From: Planctomycetia bacterium
GTDB lineage: Bacteria > Planctomycetota > Planctomycetia > Kolteriales > Kolteriaceae
Direction: 5' to 3'
Length of the DNA stretch: 24,737 nt
NCBI GenBank assembly: GCA_051648425.1
Contig: JBOFFD010000430.1
Span: 1-24,737 of the forward strand
Part shown: piece after piece, positions 15,831 through 23,011 of the stretch
How positions within the stretch are numbered: position 1 is the stretch's first letter
Layout of the letters: each line of letters begins with the position of its first letter
The notes under the pieces: generated by a model
What the model was told of the DNA's origin: nothing
Databases searched by the model: none
The model's input: only the letters and a program-made list of their open reading frames with translations
Program-made: the position numbers and the translations under genes

Positions 15831-16580
15831 TCAGGGCGTACCGACCTCGTCCTCTTGACGCTCCTTCGATTCTTTCTCGTGCCAGATCTTTGAAAGCAGC
15901 TTGTCGTAAACGTCCATCACGATCGACAATTCAAGCGACTGATTGGCCTTGAACTCTTGCAAAAGAACAATCGCCGAGTTCGACGTAACCATGATCTTGT
16001 GCTCGTGCCCGTCCATCACCCAGGGAATCGTGACGTTCGATAGGTATCCGTCCCGACAGAACTTTCGGAACAGCACGTCGTCCTGGATCTGGTCGCCTGA
16101 CAGGTTCGCCGCTCTCACTCTCGCCGAAATGCCGCGAAACCATGCGCTGAAGTACACTTTGCATTGCTCTTGCAGTTTCAGGAAATCAACTTTCATTTCC
16201 GCAATCTCCAACCTGTCTTGGTTGGCCTTCAGATTGGCGTACACGCTTCGGCAGACCTTCTTCGTCGACTGAAAAAGCATGACCTTGCGTTCTTCGTCGA
16301 GAAACGCTGGAAAGTTGACGGGCTGCAAGTACTCGAAGAACTCGATCTTTCTCTTCTCGGCGCCGACGTCCGTCTTAATGTATCCATAGACGTTGTGCTT
16401 AACTTGACTCTGAATCTTCAGCAGGTCGAGACTTTTCTCGAAGGTGCGGCTCTTCATTGTGACGCTGGTCTCGATGTCCTCCCCATCTCCGAAGAAGGTT
16501 TCCTGCACCTGAGTAACTACGAAGTCTTGGGCCTGGAGCTTCGGAAACTTTTTGACGCGATAAAACTGATAGGGTTTCAT
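15831..16580 (-). CDS. Unknown cytoplasmic protein (249 aa), second gene of a coupled pair
   Basis: Clean ORF in visibly lower-GC DNA. GGAGG RBS; ATG 16580 overlaps the upstream TGA (TGATG). No family recognised. Confidence 0.85.
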   Translation of the reverse strand: MKPYQFYRVKKFPKLQAQDFVVTQVQETFFGDGEDIETSVTMKSRTFEKSLDLLKIQSQVKHNVYGYIKTDVGAEKRKIEFFEYLQPVNFPAFLDEERKVMLFQSTKKVCRSVYANLKANQDRLEIAEMKVDFLKLQEQCKVYFSAWFRGISARVRAANLSGDQIQDDVLFRKFCRDGYLSNVTIPWVMDGHEHKIMVTSNSAIVLLQEFKANQSLELSIVMDVYDKLLSKIWHEKESKERQEDEVGTP

Positions 16581-17383
16581 CAACTTCCTCCAACAGGAGC
16601 CGCTTCAAGCGTCACGACCTTGGAAAGCGCTTCCCGCCAGTCAACGAGACTGGCGCTTTCAATGTTGACGAACTCCCGAACCGCTTCGATTCGGCAGGAC
16701 GAATCCTTGTTGAGCTTGAACCGAACCTCGAAATCATCCACCAGAGCTTCGGGGATATGGTTCAGGAAAAATCCGTAGTACGGGTTCGAGGCGCCGACGT
16801 CGAAGGTCACTGTTACGGCGTACGCCGTCGAGGTCGGTTGCGGAACCGCCTCGCGCACCGACTCGGCGATCTTCACCAACCTTCTACAGGCTCTTTCATA
16901 AAGATGCGAGGGCACCAACTGCTTGCGGTCGAGACACACGGCCAACGCATCGCCGTCGAACCGCAGCACGACGCGCACTTCGTCGTCGATCAAGATCGCC
17001 GATGATACCACGCTTGAATCATCGAGCACCGCGTCACCTTTGAAAGCACGTTTGATGGCGTCGGCGGCTTTCGAGACCACCTCGTTCTTTTGCTTCACGG
17101 TGAGTTCGTCGAACTGAAACCGAAAGAGGGGCTTCCAATAGGTGTGAGTCCGGGACATCCGAAACAGCAGCCGTCGGACCCAGAAATGGAACCTGGGATT
17201 GCGGTGGTACAGGACGCTCGCCGCGAAAGAGTAGAATCCGACGAGCGCCGACACTGCCGTCGTCATTCCATTGTAACGACCGAGCTGATCTTCAATCTGG
17301 TCGTTGAAGATGTAGCCGAGCCAGGCGACGGCGGCTAAGACGACGACGAGCACGAACGCGACCAGAAAATCGTATCTCACCAC
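16580..17383 (-). CDS. Unknown protein with two N-terminal TM helices, first gene of a coupled pair
   Basis: TM1 FLVAFVLVVVLAAVAWLGYIF and TM2 TTAVSALVGFYSFAASVLY, then about 200 aa of soluble alpha/beta sequence. AGGAAG precedes GTG 17383 (maximal ORF start 17416). Confidence 0.85.
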   Translation of the reverse strand: MVRYDFLVAFVLVVVLAAVAWLGYIFNDQIEDQLGRYNGMTTAVSALVGFYSFAASVLYHRNPRFHFWVRRLLFRMSRTHTYWKPLFRFQFDELTVKQKNEVVSKAADAIKRAFKGDAVLDDSSVVSSAILIDDEVRVVLRFDGDALAVCLDRKQLVPSHLYERACRRLVKIAESVREAVPQPTSTAYAVTVTFDVGASNPYYGFFLNHIPEALVDDFEVRFKLNKDSSCRIEAVREFVNIESASLVDWREALSKVVTLEAAPVGGS

Positions 17384-17542
17384 AAGGCCCTTCCTAGAAA
17401 ACCGGCCTCCTGCCACGCGGACTGGCGAATCCGGACACTTCCGGCCCGTCCGCGCCAGCGCGGAACCGTCGCCATGAACCCACTACGTTTCCAGCAGCGA
17501 CACTGTTCGTGTGTTCACATCCTTCGTTTCCCTCGTCGCGAA

Positions 17543-17899
17543 TTACGCGGGCGTAGCAGCCTTCTTCAAGTTTTCGATGACCTGTTTCGGATCCCGTTTG
17601 ATTTCATCCATGAAGCGTCTGGCGATCGTGGGGACAGGTTTTCCTTGTTCCCACGACTGCAACGTCTTCACCGAAACGCCGAGGTACTTGGCGAAGACCG
17701 CCTGGGAAAGCCCAAGCGAATGCCTCATCTTTTTGACGCCGTCGGCGTCGTACTCGGCCGGCTCCAGCTTCAATTCGATGCTTCGGCAAGTGAAACGCTC
17801 GGAGATCTTTTCCCCTTTTTCCAGAGCGTCCGCGAATCCTTGAAGCCGGCTCAACATCCGATCCGCCACCGGACTCCCGCCGTCCTCTCGCTGCGACAT
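17543..17899 (-). CDS. higA: HigA-like HTH antitoxin (XRE/HTH_3)
   Basis: VKKMRHSLGLSQAVFAKYLGVSVKTLQSWEQGKP...ARRFMDEI. AAGGAG RBS before ATG 17899; directly downstream of a RelE-type toxin. Confidence 0.88.
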   Translation of the reverse strand: MSQREDGGSPVADRMLSRLQGFADALEKGEKISERFTCRSIELKLEPAEYDADGVKKMRHSLGLSQAVFAKYLGVSVKTLQSWEQGKPVPTIARRFMDEIKRDPKQVIENLKKAATPA

Positions 17900-17957
17900 C
17901 GTCGACTCCTTGATAGTTTTTGATCTCGGATTCAATTTCAGATTCACGATGCGGCTT

Positions 17958-18383
17958 TTATCCGATCGTTCCATCGCTGAGTTCATTTTCGATGCACTTG
18001 ATGATCTTGGCGTACATCGCCTTCTGCGCCGGAGAAATGTCGTCTTTCTCGCTCTTACCGTACGCGCCGACGAGGAGTACGACGCTCCACTCTTCAAAAT
18101 ACACGTAGCATATCCTGGCGCCGCCGCTCTTCCCCGTCCCCCACCGAGAGGGGGCGAACCGACCCTTTCGCAAGCCGCCGGTTCCAGGGACCACCTTCGC
18201 ATACTTCGGGCCGGTCATGATGCACATCTGCAGCGCTCGAAGGTCGTCGTCCGTCAGACGCAAGTGCTTCCAGTCGTCCTGGAACCCGTCCAACTCGATG
18301 AACCGGAGGAAATCCTCCGGTTGGAAATCGCTCGCCGCGTATCGCAAAACACGTTTCTCTTTGGTGGATCGTTTCAGGACCAC
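17958..18383 (-). CDS. higB: HigB-like RelE/ParE superfamily toxin
   Basis: FIELDGFQDDW...DDDLRALQ...VVPGTGGLRKGRFA...GKSGGARICYVY...LLVGAYGKSEKDDIS. The start is uncertain: the promoter at 18448-18475 argues against the track start (18524), so GTG 18383 or TTG 18347 is more likely. Confidence 0.9.
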   Translation of the reverse strand: MVLKRSTKEKRVLRYAASDFQPEDFLRFIELDGFQDDWKHLRLTDDDLRALQMCIMTGPKYAKVVPGTGGLRKGRFAPSRWGTGKSGGARICYVYFEEWSVVLLVGAYGKSEKDDISPAQKAMYAKIIKCIENELSDGTIG

Positions 18384-18447
18384 TTGCTTCGGATCTGGTT
18401 CCAGCGGTAGTTTCCTCTTCGACAAGAGTCCCTTCCGGCTCCAGTGA

Positions 18448-18475
18448 ACTATACCTTTAAGTGGGATAGCGTCAA
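18448..18475 (-). promoter_or_regulatory. higBA promoter with embedded palindromic operator
   Basis: Minus strand TTGACG (18475-18470), 16 nt, TATAGT (18453-18448). Imperfect palindrome CTATACC-N7-GGGATAG (18449-18469) covers the spacer and -10 box, as expected for antitoxin autorepression. Confidence 0.7.
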
Positions 18476-18586
18476 GCCGCTCCGTCCGCATTTTTCCCCG
18501 TTCGGACGCCGTCTCGCTTAACAAACGACCCGTTCACCAGCCATACCTACAGTGACCAGTTCAACGGCGTGGCGGAGGTAGCGGGA

Positions 18587-18811
18587 ATGGACGATTTGGA
18601 CCGGCTGGCGGCCTTGATCCAGGCGGCGCGGCGAGACTTCGACCGTATGGGCGGGCCGGTGCCGTTGCGGGCGGAAGCGGCCTGGGCGGCGGGGTACGTT
18701 GGCGTGCTACGGGAGGAATCCGAGCTGCTCGACGAACTGGATCGGCGACTGCTGCCCGTGCAGCTCGGCGAACTCAGGCGACTCGCCGACGACCTCGCCG
18801 CCAAGAAATGA
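18587..18811 (+). CDS. Small helical hypothetical protein (74 aa)
   Basis: GGAGGT upstream of ATG 18587; amphipathic helical sequence; divergent from higBA. Confidence 0.6.
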   Translation: MDDLDRLAALIQAARRDFDRMGGPVPLRAEAAWAAGYVGVLREESELLDELDRRLLPVQLGELRRLADDLAAKK

Positions 18812-18839
18812 AAGCGGGCCGGCATCCTTGCCAGCCCGC
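18803..18839 (-). terminator. Probable intrinsic terminator
   Basis: Stem GCGGGC-C-GGCA / TGCC-A-GCCCGC (18814-18839), followed on the minus strand by TTTCATTTCTT, just after the stop of the gene ending at 18867. Confidence 0.5.
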
Positions 18840-18866
18840 CGGTGGTTCAACTATTCGCATCCGGCG

Positions 18867-19391
18867 TCATTCGTCGGCCGGCAGGTCCGAAGCGAAGCCG
18901 CTCGCCACGGCCAAACGACGGTTGAACGACTCGGCCAGCAGATGGCCGAAGCTGGGCGCCTTCGCGTTGAGTTCGGCGTGTTCGTCCGCCGTCTTCTTGG
19001 CGTCGGCGTAGGCGGCCTTCGCGATCGACTTGATGCCCGCATCCTTTGCAAACGCCACAGAGATTCCCTTCGCACCGCCGCCCTTGGCGAAGATCGCCGG
19101 CAGCGGGCCGCGCGGCTTCACCAGGTCTTCGGGGCTGGTGAACGACAAGGCTTTGAACGTCTGTCCCTGCACCTCGCCGAGGCTGACGATCAGCGACGTT
19201 CCCGGAGCCTCGGTTTTCTCAACGAGCGACAGGAAGTCCTTCGACTTCGACAGCGCCTCGACGTATTCGTCGCCGGTCTTCGCGCGAGCGGCGATCTCCG
19301 ACAGCCAGGTCCGCATTTTTTCGCGGACGACCGGCTTTTCGCCCGCGTCCGCCGTCGCCGCGAGGGCGGCCAAGGCAAGGAGAATCCCCAT
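18867..19391 (-). CDS. Secreted hypothetical protein (Sec signal peptide); moron
   Basis: MGILLALAALAATADA-GEK has an A-X-A cleavage site. GGAG upstream of ATG 19391; Ala/Lys-rich mature region. Confidence 0.75.
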   Translation of the reverse strand: MGILLALAALAATADAGEKPVVREKMRTWLSEIAARAKTGDEYVEALSKSKDFLSLVEKTEAPGTSLIVSLGEVQGQTFKALSFTSPEDLVKPRGPLPAIFAKGGGAKGISVAFAKDAGIKSIAKAAYADAKKTADEHAELNAKAPSFGHLLAESFNRRLAVASGFASDLPADE

Positions 19392-19526
19392 TCGATTCAA
19401 GCTCCACTTCGCGGCCCGGAACCGTGATGTAAAAGGCGGCCCCGCGATCGCGGTACGGCGATGTACGTCGGCGGCCGCCGAAACTTGCCGTTGTTTCGCC
19501 GAAGATCCTCGAACGACCGATATCGG

Positions 19527-20009
19527 TCAGTCGACGCACGGATCGACGACCCCGACGTCGACGTGCAACGCCTTGGCGACCTTCTCCAGCGTCAAATGCG
19601 TCGCGCTGTGAGCGGCGTTTTCGATGCGGCTGACGTGGCTCTGCGTCAGACCCGCCTTCTCGGCCAGTTCGGTTTGGCTTAGTCCCGCCCGCTCGCGCAA
19701 CTGCCGGATCGTCTGGCCGACGTGTTTCGCCCAGGCGTCCAGGCCGCGCGACAACGCCTTGTCCGCCGTCGGGAACGGCATCGGTTTGGTCCGGATCGGG
19801 ATCTGCGCCAGTATCTCCTCCATCGCCCGCTGGATGCCGCGACGGGTTTCGTCGTCGGTTTCCTCCCGGATGGCTCCGACCAGTTCGTACAGGTCGTCGC
19901 GGTCCGCCTTCGGCAGCGACCGGATCCTTTCCATGACGACCGACAGAGCCAACACCGCCTGTTTCGCCTGCTCGGGCAGGCCGGCGTACGGTTCCATCTC
20001 TTTCAGCAT
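19527..20009 (-). CDS. Antitoxin-like regulator with C-terminal XRE HTH and N-terminal helical extension
   Basis: VGQTIRQLRERAGLSQTELAEKAGLTQSHVSRIENAAHSATHLTLEKVAKALHV. Downstream of a RelE-type toxin. ATG 20009 preferred over TTG 20045. Confidence 0.85.
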   Translation of the reverse strand: MLKEMEPYAGLPEQAKQAVLALSVVMERIRSLPKADRDDLYELVGAIREETDDETRRGIQRAMEEILAQIPIRTKPMPFPTADKALSRGLDAWAKHVGQTIRQLRERAGLSQTELAEKAGLTQSHVSRIENAAHSATHLTLEKVAKALHVDVGVVDPCVD

Positions 20010-20019
20010 GGGTTCATTC

Positions 20020-20053
20020 CAAGTATTCAAGTGTTCAAGTGTCAAGTGTTCAA
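20020..20053. repeat. Tandem 7-8 bp repeat (CAAGTRTT)n
   Basis: CAAGTATT CAAGTGTT CAAGTGT CAAGTGTT CAA read directly at 20020-20053. Confidence 0.85.
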
Positions 20054-20057
20054 TTCG

Positions 20058-20144
20058 CCACGGCTCATCGCCGTGGAAGACTGAGACCGCGACGGCGTCG
20101 CCGTCCGCTTGCTTTCATTCCGTCACGGCCGGATCGCCGTGGAA
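20058..20144. repeat. Three related hairpins with an ACGGC...GCCGT core at about 33 bp period
   Basis: CCACGGC-TCATC-GCCGTGG (20058-20076), GACGGCG-T-CGCCGTC (20091-20105) and CACGGC-CGGATC-GCCGTG (20124-20141). ATCGCCGTGGAA is repeated exactly at 20067 and 20133. Confidence 0.7.
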
Positions 20145-20175
20145 CCGCCGGACGAGCCGCAAGGGCCTCCGTGCT

Positions 20176-20607
20176 TCAGCTTTCGTGCGGTTCGACCGAT
20201 TCGAGGAAAAGCCGTTTGCGGCGTCTCATCGTGACCTTGTCGCCGATCGGCGTCGCTCCGTCGTTTTCCTTTTTGATCGCGCCGAGGACGACGATGGCGC
20301 CGGTCGGCTTGTGCACGAAAAAGAAGACGCGGACGTTGAGTCTTTTCAAAACGCCGCCCTTGTCTCGCAGTTCATGAAAATCCTCGATCGGGCGGACGTC
20401 CACGGTGTCGCTGTGGGTGACGTCCTCTTGGCTGGCCAGCTCGCGAAACTGCCGAGCGATATGGTCGTACTGGTCGGCGTCCAGGATGCTCATCGCCTCG
20501 TCGAACGCTCGATCAAGGATCTGGATGGACCACCGATACCCAGGCGGCGGGCCGCCGCCCTTCTGGACGCCGACCTTGACGGCCTTCCTTTGGGGTTCAT
20601 CCGACAT
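20176..20607 (-). CDS. RelE/ParE superfamily toxin (Gp49/DUF891-like)
   Basis: DVRPIEDFHELRDKGGVLKRLNVRVFFFVHKPTGAIVVLGAIKKEND matches the ELR...R.FF...VVL.A..KK pattern. GGAGG upstream of ATG 20607. Confidence 0.85.
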   Translation of the reverse strand: MSDEPQRKAVKVGVQKGGGPPPGYRWSIQILDRAFDEAMSILDADQYDHIARQFRELASQEDVTHSDTVDVRPIEDFHELRDKGGVLKRLNVRVFFFVHKPTGAIVVLGAIKKENDGATPIGDKVTMRRRKRLFLESVEPHES

Positions 20608-20627
20608 TCCCGATACCTCCATCGCGT

Positions 20628-20658
20628 CGTTGCATAATATACATCAGCCGTTGCATAA
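20628..20658. promoter_or_regulatory. Direct-repeat operator candidate upstream of the second toxin
   Basis: CGTTGCATAA at 20628-20637 and 20649-20658 (21 bp period), flanking an AT-rich TATATTAT element on the minus strand. Confidence 0.55.
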
Positions 20659-20766
20659 ACGCCAGCCCAGCAAAATCGGGCGGTACGCTTCATCACGGTG
20701 GGAAACGCGGAGGAGAACGGTCGCAACGACCGGCGGCCGAGGGGGTTTTCGGCTGTGAGAGGAGCC

Positions 20767-21165
20767 TCAATCCGCTTCCCAGGCCGGGCAGCGCTCGCAG
20801 GCGGCGAGCGTCGTCCGGCCGCCGTTGGCGGCTTCGGGGCAGTCGCACCCGTACACGTCGAGCAACGGGCAACGGCATGACGCCCGCTCGATCGGCGTGT
20901 TCGACTTGTGCAGGCAGTTCGACCGGACGCGGAGCGGCCGAGGCGGGCCGTAGACTTCGACCGTCGGCAGCCTCGGGGCGTCGGGCGCCGGCGCGAAGAC
21001 CGATCTCAGTTGCAGCACTACCGACGTCGGCCGTTCCAGGGTCGGAGGGCCGTCCGACCACTCGGATCGGCACTCCGCGCATGTATTTCCGGACGCTCGG
21101 AAACCGGCTTCCGCCAGCGTACAGAACGTCGTCGCCCCGTTGGTAAGTTCGTGCGGGCATTTCAT
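20767..21165 (-). CDS. Small Cys-rich protein, last gene of the tail operon
   Basis: ATGA overlap with the upstream gene; Cys in CxxC, CxC and CxxCP arrangements. Confidence 0.7.
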   Translation of the reverse strand: MKCPHELTNGATTFCTLAEAGFRASGNTCAECRSEWSDGPPTLERPTSVVLQLRSVFAPAPDAPRLPTVEVYGPPRPLRVRSNCLHKSNTPIERASCRCPLLDVYGCDCPEAANGGRTTLAACERCPAWEAD

Positions 21166-22565
21166 TCAGAGAATCCGAACGGAGTAATACACCCCTCGAC
21201 CGGCCTTGTGTACGGCGGACTGCACCAATCCATTGATCCAGAAGGAACGTCGGGTCGGTCGTATCTGGTCCACGCGAGCGACCCAAGCGGCACGGCGGCG
21301 GCGTCCCTGGCGGCGTAAGGCGGCCGGTAAAAGAAAGCGAACCCCGCTCGACGGTGCCCGCCTGGGATGCCGGCGTTGCTATGGATTCCCGATGCGTTGA
21401 AGCTCCCGACGATACGATCGCCGTCATACTCGCCCACTCGTCGCCCTATTCTACTTTCGGCGTACTGACCTCCAAACAAGCAGTTTCTAAGACCAACGCC
21501 CGGCACCGAGGCCAATCCCACTTTAACGTTGTGTTCCAAAAGACTGTTCACTAAGTCTGTCCCGCCGCACGTTCCGACCGAATCGTAACTAGGCGCTCCA
21601 CAGTCGGGGAAGGTGTGACGCACGGCCTGGTTCGCATAGTTCACGCCGGCGGCGATGTACGTGCAGCCGACGACCCACCCGTCGCAGATTTGAACGCCGG
21701 CGATCTGACCCGTACTCAGCGTTCCGCCGCTCGTCGTACATGTGTGACCAATCGCCCCGCTAAGCATGAACGCTTTGAAGCTTTCGACGCTCCATCCAGC
21801 GAGCACCCCGTGCGCCCCCTCGAAAGTACAACCCGTGCCGATCAAATTTGTAATGATCTGCGACGGGCCGGGGTTCTCCTGCATGGCTACCAGCGCGGCC
21901 GCGAAGTCGCCTTCCGTGGCAATGGGGCCGATGTACCGGTTTTCCTGGAGGCCCAATCTGTGAAAGCACGGCGTCGGCAGCGGATCGCAACCCCCTTCGT
22001 GCGTAAACGTCGCCGAAAGAAAGTCGCTGTAGCTGTCGGGAATCGGCCGCGCCCGGGCCGTGTCGCATTGACTGATAATCCAACTGAGGCAGGTCGTGTC
22101 CGGGTGGGTGTGCGACGGCCCCTTCCGCCAGCGCTCGCCGATCTTATCGACGCCGTCGCGCACGTACTCCACGTCGCCGGCGTCGGTCTCCATGTAGAGC
22201 CGGGTCAACCAAAGTTCACTGCCGACGAGAACGACGGTCGCTTCCACCGGCCGCCACGACGTGTCGCCGCCGGGGTCGCGGCGGGTGTAAGAAGTACCGC
22301 CGGCGTTGACCAGCAGGAAACCTTCGATGCCGAGGTGGGCCTGGATGTAACTCATGCCGTCGGCGTCGATGTTCGGCCTGAATTCCTTCTCCAATCCGAC
22401 TTCGCCGGGCGCGCTCGCTTTAAGAACGATCGCGGTGGGCTGATACGGGCTGATTCCGGGAATGGGCAGCGAGAACGCCAACGGCGGCCGCCACGGCGTC
22501 CAGTATTGGCGGACCGGATCGCAGCAGCAGCCGCAGCCGTCGAGCAGTGGGATTCGACCGCCCAT
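21162..22565 (-). CDS. Putative tail-tip / receptor-binding protein
   Basis: 467 aa ORF at the distal end of the tail module; DGCGCCCDP N-terminus and Gly/Thr/Cys-rich beta-like C-terminal part. Function inferred from position. Confidence 0.6.
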   Translation of the reverse strand: MGGRIPLLDGCGCCCDPVRQYWTPWRPPLAFSLPIPGISPYQPTAIVLKASAPGEVGLEKEFRPNIDADGMSYIQAHLGIEGFLLVNAGGTSYTRRDPGGDTSWRPVEATVVLVGSELWLTRLYMETDAGDVEYVRDGVDKIGERWRKGPSHTHPDTTCLSWIISQCDTARARPIPDSYSDFLSATFTHEGGCDPLPTPCFHRLGLQENRYIGPIATEGDFAAALVAMQENPGPSQIITNLIGTGCTFEGAHGVLAGWSVESFKAFMLSGAIGHTCTTSGGTLSTGQIAGVQICDGWVVGCTYIAAGVNYANQAVRHTFPDCGAPSYDSVGTCGGTDLVNSLLEHNVKVGLASVPGVGLRNCLFGGQYAESRIGRRVGEYDGDRIVGSFNASGIHSNAGIPGGHRRAGFAFFYRPPYAARDAAAVPLGSLAWTRYDRPDVPSGSMDWCSPPYTRPVEGCITPFGFSE

Positions 22566-22569
22566 GTTC

Positions 22570-23010
22570 TTACTCGCACTTCGGCAGGAAGGCGAACGCC
22601 GACCAGTTGTCGATCCAGACCGCGAGACCCTTCGCGTTGGCGGCCGCCGCGCCGAACTCTTCCCGAACCGTCACGCGCGACCCCTGCTCCGCTCCGGCGG
22701 CGTCGACGAGCTTCATTTCCGCGGTGCCGCCCTCGGCCAGGGCGCCGGCCAGTTTGCCGAACAGGAACGTTTTCTTCGCGCCGCGCGTCGGCCGTTTGAC
22801 ACCGGTCGTTTCGACCCGCCGCAGCCGCCGGTCGAAGGCCGTCCACATTTCGGCGATCTTGCGGTTCTGTTCGGCCGTGAGGCCGCGTAGGGTTTCCGCC
22901 ATCGCCGCGACGAGGGCGGCGACGGCGCGGACGGCGAGGCGGACGATGTCGGCGGCGGTGAGAAAGTCGCCGGCGGCGGCCGGCGCTAAGATCAATTCTC
23001 CGGGCCGCAT
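22570..23010 (-). CDS. Phage tail-region hypothetical protein
   Basis: GGAGG 6 nt before ATG 23010; tightly packed between tail genes. Confidence 0.7.
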   Translation of the reverse strand: MRPGELILAPAAAGDFLTAADIVRLAVRAVAALVAAMAETLRGLTAEQNRKIAEMWTAFDRRLRRVETTGVKRPTRGAKKTFLFGKLAGALAEGGTAEMKLVDAAGAEQGSRVTVREEFGAAAANAKGLAVWIDNWSAFAFLPKCE

Positions 23011-23011
23011 C

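Noticed and set aside
16580-17383. Calling the 2TM protein a CBASS/Pycsar-type effector
   Set aside because: No nucleotide cyclase is adjacent and no diagnostic motif was recognised, so it is left unassigned.
18301-18322. Perfect inverted repeat AACCGGAGGA-AA-TCCTCCGGTT inside higB
   Set aside because: Single occurrence inside a coding region encoding ordinary family sequence (QPEDFLRF). It might dampen toxin translation but nothing else supports that.
20020-20144. CRISPR array
   Set aside because: The repeats are too short, too few and too divergent, with no regular unique spacers and no cas genes in the window.
21162-22565. Diversity-generating retroelement target
   Set aside because: No reverse transcriptase and no template/variable repeat pair was seen in the window.
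21615-22799. 394-aa plus-strand ORF
   Set aside because: Opposite to tightly packed, coupled tail genes; no motifs.
22570-23010. Holin call for the 146-aa ORF
   Set aside because: Its Ala/Val-rich stretch is interrupted by Arg residues and is not a convincing TM helix.
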